Positions 26,520 to 35,647 of a DNA stretch of 52,447 nucleotides are shown piece after piece; position 1 is the stretch's first letter, and each line of letters opens with the position of its first letter. Both the position numbers and the translations under genes were made by a program. The notes beneath the pieces are model-generated. The model was not told the origin of the DNA. It saw only the letters and a program-made list of their open reading frames with translations, and ran no database searches. This DNA comes from Bacteroidota bacterium (lineage in GTDB: Bacteria > Bacteroidota > Bacteroidia > Palsa-948), in NCBI GenBank assembly GCA_043804035.1, contig JAZDJJ010000144.1, positions 1 to 52,447 on the forward strand. The letters are read 5' to 3'.

Positions 26520-28670
26520 TCAGCGAATCAATTTCATTTCCTGAACAAGGTGTAAAGCGCCTGCAAATTTGTCAATGATAAAAAGTGCATAGCGAATATC
26601 TAAAATAATATTTCGTCCCTGTTCTTCATCATACATAATGTCGTTTTGCGTACCTTCCCAATTACGGTCAAAGTTTACACCAACCAGATTACCATAAGCA
26701 TCCAGCACAGGGCTTCCTGAATTTCCGCCAGTAGTATGCTGACTTGCAGTAAATGCTACATGAATTTTTCCATCATTATCGGCATACTGACCAAAATTCT
26801 TTTGTTGATATAATTCTTTTAATTTTTTCGGAACTATAAATTCCGAATTAGTTGAGTCCTCTTTTTCTATGATGCCATCAAGGGTAGTGAAAAAATTATA
26901 TTTGATAGCATCTCTTCCATCATAACCGTTCACTTTTCCAAAAGACACACGCAACGTGCTGTTAGCATCAGGATAATATTTTTTATCAGGAAACACTTCT
27001 TTGAGTCCGGTAATATAAATTCTGTCCAGACGATCTATGGTTTGCTGTAAGGAATTATACTCAGGTGAAATTTTCTTTTCAAAAAAAGAATAAGAAGATT
27101 TTGCTATTCGAAATGCAGGATCTTTCTTGAGATTGACAATGTCTGATGATGAATAATTATTCAACAACTCCATAACTTTTGTCTCGGAAACAAAAATTGA
27201 CTTATGATAAACCTTCTCTGCAAATTTTTCAAAGTTCATTTTATATTTTGATTCTATCATCTTAAAAAAATCGGGATGCATATTTTTATCAACTTCTTTG
27301 TAATACATAGAAAGCATAGCAATAAAAATTTTCTTGTCGGTGGAAGGATTGTAATTTTTATAAAATAATTTACAACTTGTCTTCAATGTTTCTATTTTCT
27401 TTTTTATTTCATCTTGTTCTTTTATTTCTGTTAAGGAGACAAAGTTATTTGCAAAACGAATAATCTCTATAGCAGATATGGTTTCCCAAAAGTAATCCAT
27501 TGTTTTTTGTAGTGGAAGAATATTTTGATACATTTTTTGATAATCATTCAGTATGTTGCCATATTGTTTATTCCAGAGAGGATTTTTTTTCACTCGTTCC
27601 GAAAATATTTTTTCCTGCTGTTGTTTTTTTTGTATCGCTTCTGATTTTTTCAATCCATATATTTCGCCTTTCCATTTTTTATAATAATTGCTCACACCTG
27701 CATACTTTGCTGCATACTTAATTTGCACTTCTTTGTTTTGCTTCATATCTGTACTTATAATTTCCAGACGTTCTTTACGAATTTTTATACGAATTGGGTC
27801 CAAAATATTTTGAGTGATATCAACTGCGTAAGAGGGAAGATATTCAGTTGTGTTTCCTGGGAAACCAAATACAAGCGTAAAATCATTATCCGATACTCCT
27901 TTTAATGAAATAGGAAAATAGTATCGTGGTTTGAAAGGAACATTATCGGGAGAATATTCAGCAGGATTATTGTCTTTGTCAGCATAAATTCTAAAAAGAG
28001 AAAAATCGCCTGTATGACGGGGCCATACCCAGTTGTCGGTATTGCCACCAAATTTTCCTATTGATTCGGGAGGAGTACCAACAAGCCGAACATCTTTAAA
28101 TCTTTCAGCAATAAAAAGATAAAAATCATTTCCATTAAAGAACGGATGAATTTTTGCTTCGTAATGTGTTCCTTTAATTGCATCTTTTTTTATTTTTTCA
28201 CTTCTGGCAGTAATGATGGAGTCCCTTTTTGTTTCGCTCATCTCATTTGTAATACTGTCCAGAATTTTTGCAGTTACATCTTCAATGCGGATAATGAATG
28301 TTACTGTGAGACCGGGATTAGAAAGTTCCTCTTTTTTATTCATCGCCCAGAAGCCGTTTGCCAGCAGGTTGTTCTGCACAGAACTATGCGACTGGATACG
28401 ACCGTATCCGCAATGATGATTGGTGAGGATGAGTCCATCCGGAGAAATTACCTCTGCTGTACATCCGCCTCCAAACTGAACTACTGCATCTTTCATGCTT
28501 GATTTATTGATGCTGTAAATATCTTCTGCTGTAAGTTTGAATCCTGCTTTCTGCATATCCGCTTCATTCAATTGTTTCAGAAGAATTGGAATCCACATGC
28601 CTTCGTCAGCACGACAAAAAGTAAAAACAGAACTGACAATAAGAAACAGAATAAAAATTATTTTTTTCAT
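26520..28670 (-). CDS. S46 family dipeptidyl-peptidase (DPP7/DPP11-like)
   Basis: 716 aa. Signal peptide then ADEGMWIP, catalytic TNHHCG (His) and GGNSGSPV (Ser). Confidence 0.9.
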   Translation of the reverse strand: MKKIIFILFLIVSSVFTFCRADEGMWIPILLKQLNEADMQKAGFKLTAEDIYSINKSSMKDAVVQFGGGCTAEVISPDGLILTNHHCGYGRIQSHSSVQNNLLANGFWAMNKKEELSNPGLTVTFIIRIEDVTAKILDSITNEMSETKRDSIITARSEKIKKDAIKGTHYEAKIHPFFNGNDFYLFIAERFKDVRLVGTPPESIGKFGGNTDNWVWPRHTGDFSLFRIYADKDNNPAEYSPDNVPFKPRYYFPISLKGVSDNDFTLVFGFPGNTTEYLPSYAVDITQNILDPIRIKIRKERLEIISTDMKQNKEVQIKYAAKYAGVSNYYKKWKGEIYGLKKSEAIQKKQQQEKIFSERVKKNPLWNKQYGNILNDYQKMYQNILPLQKTMDYFWETISAIEIIRFANNFVSLTEIKEQDEIKKKIETLKTSCKLFYKNYNPSTDKKIFIAMLSMYYKEVDKNMHPDFFKMIESKYKMNFEKFAEKVYHKSIFVSETKVMELLNNYSSSDIVNLKKDPAFRIAKSSYSFFEKKISPEYNSLQQTIDRLDRIYITGLKEVFPDKKYYPDANSTLRVSFGKVNGYDGRDAIKYNFFTTLDGIIEKEDSTNSEFIVPKKLKELYQQKNFGQYADNDGKIHVAFTASQHTTGGNSGSPVLDAYGNLVGVNFDRNWEGTQNDIMYDEEQGRNIILDIRYALFIIDKFAGALHLVQEMKLIR

Positions 28671-28703
28671 AAAATTGTTATTGATTATTATGTTGTTCTT
28701 CTT

Positions 28704-30404
28704 TTAATTAGGTGTGCAACTTACTCTCGTTATATTCGTATCAGCAAGTGCTTTCTTTGCTTTTTCGTTTGATGGTTCCATTTCTTTAACTTTTTGCCAA
28801 TGGCATTTTGATTTTGCATAATCCTTTTGAACGAAATAATAAAAGCCAAGATATTCGTTGGATTGGATAACATTGTTTTTGTTTTTCTCTATTTCTTCTG
28901 GTTTTAGTTTATTCAGAAATTCTTCAAAGAATGGTTTGGCTAAAAACTTTTCGTTTTTCGGATCTATCATAAAATTTGCTTTGGCGCGCCACAAATATCC
29001 GGTTGAAATATCCGGACGAAGTATAATGATTTGCATAAATGCCGTATCGGCTTTACCAAACTGTGTGGTGTAGATATATGCTCTGCCAAGATTATAGTAA
29101 TCATTTACATCAATGCCCTGTCCGCCTTTTATTTTTTTGTTGTAATTGTCAATTGCTTCGGGATATTTTTTCATCTTCATATAACTACTTCCTATCTCTC
29201 CATTCAATTCGGTTTTAGAAGTATCCTGCTGAATGGCAATTTTTAATTTTTCTATAGCCAGAGAATCTTTTCCCAATTTAAAAAGCAATTTGCCATAGTA
29301 TTCATAATCAGAAGCGAGGATTTTTTTTTCTGATGTTTTGGCAAAAAATTGTTCTATCGCTGTAAGTCCGTCAGCATAATTATCGGTTTCAAAATAAGAA
29401 TAGGCAAGGATGCGATACAAAAATGGAATATCCTGATTTTGTTTTTGAATCTCTTTTATATTTGTTACTGTCTCTGTATATTTCTTACTCAAAAAAAGAA
29501 AAGAAGAATAACGTACTCTTGCGCTAATACTTCCGTTGTTCAGTTCAAGATATTTTTTATAGTTGGTAATAGCAGCATCGTATTGATTTACACGGTAGTA
29601 CAGTTCAGCAATTTCACGATAAGCGGGAGCAAAATTCGGATCTATTTTCAATGCTTCCTGATAATTTCTTAATGCTTCGGAAAGATTTTTTGCTCTTCCG
29701 TATAACTGCCCGATACGTTGCAATGCTTTTGTAGATTTTTTATCAAGGTCAAATGCTTTTTTGTACTGTGCGATTGCTTGTGTGGCGTCACCGGGATTTT
29801 GTTCTAATGTGGCATCACCAATCAGAATATAAGTTTCCGGGTTGTTGGGATCTTCCTGTAAAGATTTGTTCAGCAGATTGATGGCTTCTTGCAGGTCTTT
29901 AGTTTTTGCTTTCGTGTAGCACTCGGCAATTTTTAAATACACGAGTGCTTTTTGTTTTTTTGTGAAGGAAGCCGTTTTGTTTGTAGGAGAAATAATTTGC
30001 ACAGCATCATAAAATTTCTTTTTGGCTTCAGATGAATTCTCTTTGTACCAAAAAATTTTCCCAAGTCCGACATAATTAATCGGATTGCCCGGATTTTTTT
30101 GGATACCTTTTTCATAAAGCAATTGAGCAGAATCAAGGTCAATAGGTTCAAATGAAGAGTTAATCAATTCTTGTATAAAATAATTTTCGCCATAGAAAAA
30201 ATAATTATCACCATTGGTAAGTTCGTTCTGGATGAGTAACTTATATGTATCAGCAGCTTTTTCAAATTGCTCGCTCTCTGTTAGTTTAATTGCGTCCGAA
30301 AGAGATTGAGCCAAAACTCCACCCCAATTTTCTCCAAAGGGAAGTGAGTTTGGGAACAAAAAGAAAAATAATAATTGCAAAAAGAAAAATGATAATCGTT
30401 TCAT
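28704..30404 (-). CDS. Secreted tetratricopeptide-repeat protein
   Basis: 566 aa. Signal peptide plus many TPR units (e.g. ALRNYQEALKIDPNFAPAYREIAELYYRVNQYDAAI). Confidence 0.7.
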   Translation of the reverse strand: MKRLSFFFLQLLFFFLFPNSLPFGENWGGVLAQSLSDAIKLTESEQFEKAADTYKLLIQNELTNGDNYFFYGENYFIQELINSSFEPIDLDSAQLLYEKGIQKNPGNPINYVGLGKIFWYKENSSEAKKKFYDAVQIISPTNKTASFTKKQKALVYLKIAECYTKAKTKDLQEAINLLNKSLQEDPNNPETYILIGDATLEQNPGDATQAIAQYKKAFDLDKKSTKALQRIGQLYGRAKNLSEALRNYQEALKIDPNFAPAYREIAELYYRVNQYDAAITNYKKYLELNNGSISARVRYSSFLFLSKKYTETVTNIKEIQKQNQDIPFLYRILAYSYFETDNYADGLTAIEQFFAKTSEKKILASDYEYYGKLLFKLGKDSLAIEKLKIAIQQDTSKTELNGEIGSSYMKMKKYPEAIDNYNKKIKGGQGIDVNDYYNLGRAYIYTTQFGKADTAFMQIIILRPDISTGYLWRAKANFMIDPKNEKFLAKPFFEEFLNKLKPEEIEKNKNNVIQSNEYLGFYYFVQKDYAKSKCHWQKVKEMEPSNEKAKKALADTNITRVSCTPN

Positions 30405-30411
30405 ATTAATT

Positions 30412-31347
30412 TTAGTTGTTTGTTACATTTACAATTCTCACAGGCATAGTTGCAGGAACCATACCGGCTTTCAGAATAATTAATTGTCCTTTTTCTCCTG
30501 CCACGAAAGCCACAAATCCTGTTCCAAGTCCTGTGCGCCCTTCGCGATTAATGATATACACTTCACGGCAGAGAGGATATTGTTTGTTTGCAATGTACGC
30601 TTGGTACGGCTGAAAAAATTCTTTTGTATTTTTTATAGATGAAATTCCAAGCACATTTACTTTCTTTAAAAAACTTCTTGTAAGTGTATCCTCTTTGTCG
30701 CTGATCCAATTAACACTAATAATGCCAAGAGCATTTTTGTTTTGGCTTACATAATCAATCACATCAGGATTTGTTTTTACGGCATAGCAGTTTTGAGGGA
30801 ACAAACCGCCATGGAGTAATGTGTTTTTAATGTAACGTACATTGCCTGATTTTTTATTGTCAAAAACGATAGTGATATTTTTTTCTTCTTTTTGTTTTGC
30901 AGAGGAATCCAAAATATTCCATGTAGTAATTTCGCCTTTGAATATTTTCAAAAGTTGTTCAAAAGTAAGATTAGATATTTGATTTTCTTTATGTGTGATA
31001 AACCCTACAGCATCAAAGGCAATTTTTGTTGAAACGGGAAATGATTTTTTGTTATTAAAATATTTTTTTTCATTTTCAGTCAAGTCCCTTCCAATGACAA
31101 TCACACGAACCGAATCATTTTTGAAATCTTGCATCACTTCATCTTCTGACTTGTACAGAACTTCAATATCGGAATATTTATAAATAGATTCAAAGGCATC
31201 AATTTGCGCATCAAAAAGTTGAGTATATGATTCATCAATACATAATTTTTGTTTTCCATGAGTAGGATTACTTTCTTCATTTCCACAACTTGATAAGAAA
31301 GCAAAGATGTAAAATAATAAATGGAAAAATTGTTTTTGTAGGTTCAT
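30412..31347 (-). CDS. PstS-family (PBP-like) substrate-binding lipoprotein
   Basis: I prefer the start MNLQKQFFHLLFYIFAFLSSCGNEE (lipobox) at 31347. FEQLLKIFKGEITTWN and ALGIISVNWI resemble PstS/PBP_like_2. The tracked start at 31431 would add a non-signal extension. Confidence 0.6.
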   Translation of the reverse strand: MNLQKQFFHLLFYIFAFLSSCGNEESNPTHGKQKLCIDESYTQLFDAQIDAFESIYKYSDIEVLYKSEDEVMQDFKNDSVRVIVIGRDLTENEKKYFNNKKSFPVSTKIAFDAVGFITHKENQISNLTFEQLLKIFKGEITTWNILDSSAKQKEEKNITIVFDNKKSGNVRYIKNTLLHGGLFPQNCYAVKTNPDVIDYVSQNKNALGIISVNWISDKEDTLTRSFLKKVNVLGISSIKNTKEFFQPYQAYIANKQYPLCREVYIINREGRTGLGTGFVAFVAGEKGQLIILKAGMVPATMPVRIVNVTNN

Positions 31348-31601
31348 TTTTTTCTTTTTAACTTTCTTACTAAAAAAACAATTCTGAAAATTCCATATAA
31401 TATCAACACAATGCCCATGACATTTCGCCATAGTATTTCAGATAATAAATCATCAGCAAAGTTTGTTGAAATAAAGAGAATGCCCAACAAAATATAAGTA
31501 ACACTCATCACTATACTGAAAATACGAATAGGAAGTGGTTGCATGAAATTTGTTTTTTTATTCAACAAAATTATTCTTTTTTTGATGATACCTTTCATCA
31601 T
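31344..31601 (-). CDS. Small two-TM membrane protein (hypothetical)
   Basis: 85 aa (or 66 aa from the MQPLP start at 31544) with two hydrophobic helices. Its stop overlaps the PstS-like start (ATGA). Confidence 0.45.
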   Translation of the reverse strand: MMKGIIKKRIILLNKKTNFMQPLPIRIFSIVMSVTYILLGILFISTNFADDLLSEILWRNVMGIVLILYGIFRIVFLVRKLKRKK

Positions 31602-31693
31602 ATTTAATATTATTTATATTTGCAACCCTATAAATAACAAATATATTTTCATATCTGTCATCATATTATAAATCTTAAACATTTCAAACTACT

Positions 31694-34600
31694 ATGCAAA
31701 ACAAAGGTGCTATTCGTCTTTTTGCAATCCTGATGGGAATTGCCTGTTTGTTCTATCTTTCTTTTTCCTGGATCACCCGAAAGGTTGAAACAGAAGCAAA
31801 AGAATTTGCGGTAAACTATACTATCAAGCCGGAAATAATAAAACTGGCAAAACAACAAACAAGCGGGAATGCCGAAAAAGAAAAATTATTTCTTGATTCC
31901 ATCCGCACAAAAATAGAATACATCTTTCTTGATTCTGTTAAAAAAATGCCCGTGGATTTTCCTGTTTACAAATCTCTTTTTACTTATGAAGATTGTAAAG
32001 AGCATGAAATAAATCTCGGATTGGATTTGAAAGGCGGAATGAATGTTACGTTGGAAATATCAGTGCAGGATATCATTCGCAACATGTCAGCCAGACCTAA
32101 TGACCAGAAATTAAATCTTGCTCTTGCAAATGCACGCGTTATGGAACGCAACGACAAACGTCATTTTGCGGAGTTGTTTGCCGAAGCATTAAAAAAAATT
32201 GACCCCGGAGCATCACTTGCCAGTTATTTTCGCACTATTGAACTGAAAGGAAAAGTTGATTTTAATACAACCGATGAAAAAATTATTTCGCTCATTAAAG
32301 AACGTGTGGATGAAGCTATTACTACTTCTGAAAAGACATTGCGCGCACGTATTGATAAATTTGGTGTTGTTCAACCTAACATACAAAAGTTAGAAGCATC
32401 CGGAAGAATACTCATAGAACTTCCGGGTGTAAACGATAAAGATCGTGTGCGTAAACTTTTACAGGGAACTGCTAATCTGGAATTTTGGGAAACTTATGAT
32501 AACGAAGAAATTATCGGCAAACTTATGGACGCTGATAAACGACTTGCCGAAATTCTTACTCCACTTGATTTGAAAGATACGACTGCTGTTGATTCTTCTA
32601 AAATAGTTGCTAATGATTCAACAAAGTTATTTGCAAAAAATAATTTATCCAAAACAAAAGTTGATTCTACAAAAAAAGATACTTCTTCTGTCTTTTCTAA
32701 ATTATCTTTGAATGATACATCCAAAAAAGATACGAAGACGCAGGATACTTCGGCAATAACAAAATATCAACGCGAACATCCTCTCTTTTTCCTGCTTCAA
32801 CCTTTTATTGATCAAAAAGGTAAAACTATTCCCGGTCCTATTGTCGGCAGAGCGCTGATAAAAGATACTGCCAAAGTAATGGCATATTTGATGAATGAAA
32901 AAATAAAACGTGTTCTTCCCGATAATGCAAAGTTTGCATGGACATACAAACCGTTGAAAGGCGCAGAATCTGTTACACAACTTATTGCACTAAAAATAAC
33001 TAAGCGCGATAAGAAAGCTGCGCTATGGGGCGACATTATCATTGATGCCAGCAAAGAATTTGATCAACGTCAGCAGGGACGTCCGCATATTTCTATGATT
33101 ATGACAGATGAAGCGTCTCAAACATGGTCTACGCTTACAGGAGATAATGTAGGAAAAAGTGTTGCTATTGTTCTTGATAATTATGTGTATTCCTATCCTG
33201 TTGTTCAGCAGAAAATTTCAGGCGGACAATCTCAGATTACCGGCGACTTCACTACTCGCGAAGCTGATGACCTTGTTAATATTCTCAAAGCCGGAAAAAT
33301 GCCGGCACCTGCACGTATCGTAGAAGAAACAATAGTTGGTCCTACGCTTGGCACAGAATCCATTCAATCAGGAGTCAATTCGTTTGCTATTGCGCTGTTG
33401 GTAGTGTTTATCTTCATGATTTTTTACTATAATAAATCCGGGTTAGTTGCCGACATTGCTCTGTTAGTAAATACGTTTTTCATTATGGGAGTACTGGCTT
33501 CGCTTGGTGCAGTGCTTACACTTCCGGGTATCGCGGGTATTGTTCTCGTAGTGGGAATGTCGGTGGATGCCAACATCCTGATTTTTGAACGTATCCGTGA
33601 AGAACTTCGTGCCGGAAAAGGATTGCAAATGGCTGTGGCTGAGGGTTACAAACGTGCTATGTCATCTATTTTGGACTCAAATATTACCTCTCTCCTGCTT
33701 GGATTCGTTTTGTATGCTTATGGGTCAGGACCTGTGCAGGGATTTGCCACCACGCTTATCATCGGCATTTTGAGTTCGCTGTTTTGCTCCATCTTTATTT
33801 CACGACTCATCTTTGAAGCGATGCTTGCCCGAAAAAAAGAAATTAGTTTTTCTATTCCTCTTACACAAAATATTTTAAAGAATGTGAATATTGATTTCAT
33901 CAAAAAAAGAAAGTGGTATTATCTCTTTTCCGGTACCATTATTCTTATCGGAATCATCTTTTTCTTTTATCGTGGGGGATTTACAATGGGTGTTGATTTC
34001 AAAGGAGGAAGAAGCTATTATGTGAGGTTTGAAAATAAAGTGCTGACAGAAGATGTGGGCAATGTGCTGCGAAAAAGTTTTGGCATAAGACCTGAAGTGA
34101 AAACCTTTGGTGCCGACAATCAGGTGCGCATCACCACTTCATATATGATTGATGACACTAGTCAGACAGCTGAAACAACTGTGGAAGAAAAATTGAACAG
34201 GGGATTGAATTCGTTAAACAATAAATATATTATTATGCAGTCACAAAAAATGGGAGGAACCATTTCACGCGACCTTCGTAATAATGCTGTATGGGCAATA
34301 TTGCTTTCATTAGTAATTATATTCTTTTACATCCTCTTACGTTTTAAGGGATGGCAATATGGGTTAGGGGCAATCGTAGCACTTTTACATGATGTGCTGG
34401 TGGTGCTTTCGTGTTTCATAATCCTTGACGGCATCGTTCCTTTTTCGTTAGATATCAATCAGGATTTTATAGCGGCAATACTTACAGTAATGGGTTATTC
34501 AATAAACGATACTGTAATTGTGTTTGATAGAATACGCGAATACCTTTCTCAAAAAGGAAAAAGTTCTCTCATCTCCGGTGAAGAAAAAAACAACACTATC

Positions 34601-34822
34601 AACTATGCACTCAATAGCACTTTGAGCCGAACAATACTTACATCGCTCACTATTTTCTTTGTATTGGCAGCGATATTTTTCTTTGGCGGTGAAGTGATTC
34701 GTTCATTTGCTTTTGCGATGCTCATTGGCATTGTCATCGGAACATATTCTTCTATCTGTATTGCCACTCCAATAGTTGTTGATTTTGGCAGAAAGAAAAA
34801 AGGTATTGCCAAAAAAGTATAG
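31694..34822 (+). CDS. secDF: Fused protein translocase subunit SecDF
   Basis: 1042 aa. SecD hallmark LGLDLKGG, two 6-TM RND-like modules, and a SecF part (GVDFKGG, INDTVIVFDRIRE). Confidence 0.95.
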   Translation: MQNKGAIRLFAILMGIACLFYLSFSWITRKVETEAKEFAVNYTIKPEIIKLAKQQTSGNAEKEKLFLDSIRTKIEYIFLDSVKKMPVDFPVYKSLFTYEDCKEHEINLGLDLKGGMNVTLEISVQDIIRNMSARPNDQKLNLALANARVMERNDKRHFAELFAEALKKIDPGASLASYFRTIELKGKVDFNTTDEKIISLIKERVDEAITTSEKTLRARIDKFGVVQPNIQKLEASGRILIELPGVNDKDRVRKLLQGTANLEFWETYDNEEIIGKLMDADKRLAEILTPLDLKDTTAVDSSKIVANDSTKLFAKNNLSKTKVDSTKKDTSSVFSKLSLNDTSKKDTKTQDTSAITKYQREHPLFFLLQPFIDQKGKTIPGPIVGRALIKDTAKVMAYLMNEKIKRVLPDNAKFAWTYKPLKGAESVTQLIALKITKRDKKAALWGDIIIDASKEFDQRQQGRPHISMIMTDEASQTWSTLTGDNVGKSVAIVLDNYVYSYPVVQQKISGGQSQITGDFTTREADDLVNILKAGKMPAPARIVEETIVGPTLGTESIQSGVNSFAIALLVVFIFMIFYYNKSGLVADIALLVNTFFIMGVLASLGAVLTLPGIAGIVLVVGMSVDANILIFERIREELRAGKGLQMAVAEGYKRAMSSILDSNITSLLLGFVLYAYGSGPVQGFATTLIIGILSSLFCSIFISRLIFEAMLARKKEISFSIPLTQNILKNVNIDFIKKRKWYYLFSGTIILIGIIFFFYRGGFTMGVDFKGGRSYYVRFENKVLTEDVGNVLRKSFGIRPEVKTFGADNQVRITTSYMIDDTSQTAETTVEEKLNRGLNSLNNKYIIMQSQKMGGTISRDLRNNAVWAILLSLVIIFFYILLRFKGWQYGLGAIVALLHDVLVVLSCFIILDGIVPFSLDINQDFIAAILTVMGYSINDTVIVFDRIREYLSQKGKSSLISGEEKNNTINYALNSTLSRTILTSLTIFFVLAAIFFFGGEVIRSFAFAMLIGIVIGTYSSICIATPIVVDFGRKKKGIAKKV

Positions 34823-35106
34823 ATTTTATTATTTTTGCCGTAACTAAAAAATAATAGTATACTAAAACATTTTCTGGCACGATTAAGAAGAAAAACAAAG
34901 TGCTATTCAAAGTCAACGGAAATGCTCAAATTTTTCTTGTTGTTATTGTTTGAAAATTGGAATAATAGGTTATCTATACTAAATTAGCAATGCCGGAACT
35001 TCAAACACATCGTAAACTTAAAACGGATTAGAGGATATAATTCCGTTAATCTGAAAAATAATTACACAATGCTTGAAATCAGAACACCAAAAGAAATTTT
35101 AGAATT

Positions 35107-35277
35107 ATGAATACCAAGACAACCACAAAAGAAAAAAACTTTGACGCTGTAAAAATAATGCGTGATATCCGGGACCAATTGAGCAAGGAAATCATGAACA
35201 TGACTTTTGCAGAGGAGAAGGCGTATTTAAAAAAGTTGTTGGCGAAAAAGATAGTAACTGCTTCGTGGGAAAAGTAG
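35107..35277 (+). CDS. 56-aa conserved-looking small protein (hypothetical)
   Basis: Hand-translated as MNTKTTTKEKNFDAVKIMRDIRDQLSKEIMNMTFAEEKAYLKKLLAKKIVTASWEK. It is below the track cut-off. The FDAVK.MR.IRD..S motif recalls small Bacteroidota proteins I have seen. The antisense 69-aa ORF in the track looks spurious. Confidence 0.4.
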   Translation: MNTKTTTKEKNFDAVKIMRDIRDQLSKEIMNMTFAEEKAYLKKLLAKKIVTASWEK

Positions 35278-35382
35278 CACGAGTGCAAACATATAGTAGG
35301 GTTTGTCGTAAAGTACTTGTATTTATGATAAAAACTGGCTTCAAATCATAAATGCAACTTTCGAGGGAAAAGACAATTTCTT

Positions 35383-35482
35383 TACTTCGGCAAGCTCAAT
35401 GCCCGAAGCTCAATTGCAATCTCAATACCAAAACGGGCTCAAAATCAAAAAGGATTTATGGTATACTGAGCTTGCCGAAGTA
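35383..35482. repeat. 100-bp element with perfect 16-bp inverted termini TACTTCGGCAAGCTCA / TGAGCTTGCCGAAGTA
   Basis: Arms at 35383-35398 and 35467-35482. The interior (…GCTCAAT…AACGGG.T.AAAAT.AAAAAGGATTTAT.G) has a paralogue at about 23085-23150 and a partial one at about 22205-22245. Confidence 0.8.
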
Positions 35483-35522
35483 TAGAAGAAAGATAAAAAA
35501 ACATTTTTACCTTTGTCGCATA

Positions 35523-35564
35523 ATGAAACTTTTCTTAAATAATTGGTGGTGGCTGTTCTCATAA
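35523..35564 (+). CDS. trpL: trp operon leader peptide MKLFLNNWWWLFS
   Basis: 13 codons with three consecutive TGG codons (35544-35552). It lies 84 nt upstream of trpE and is followed by alternative hairpins and a terminator. Confidence 0.8.
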   Translation: MKLFLNNWWWLFS

Positions 35565-35642
35565 ATAGCGAACAGCATTGTCATTATTTTAACTTAACAA
35601 TAACAAAAAGGCCTGCTGTTCTCAGTGGGCTTTTTTATTTTT
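35552..35642 (+). promoter_or_regulatory. Transcription attenuator (segments 1-4) of the trp operon
   Basis: Segment 1 is GCTGTTC (35552-58, inside the leader ORF just after WWW). Segment 2 is GAACAGCA (35570-77). Segment 3 is TGCTGTTC (35614-21). Segment 4 is CAGTGGGC (35623-30). 1:2 and 2:3 are perfect complements, and 3:4 forms the terminator. GCTGTTCTCA is directly repeated at 35552 and 35615. Confidence 0.75.
35611..35642 (+). terminator. Attenuator terminator hairpin plus T-tract
   Basis: GCCTGCTG-ttct-CAGTGGGC forms 8 bp including 2 G-U pairs, followed by TTTTTTATTTTT. It ends 5 nt before the trpE ATG. Confidence 0.7.
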
Positions 35643-35647
35643 GACAA

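Noticed and set aside
35352-35564. 70-aa ORF from the track upstream of trpE
   Set aside because: Most of it reads through the inverted-repeat element. Only the last 13 codons, from the internal ATG at 35523, make biological sense as the trp leader peptide.
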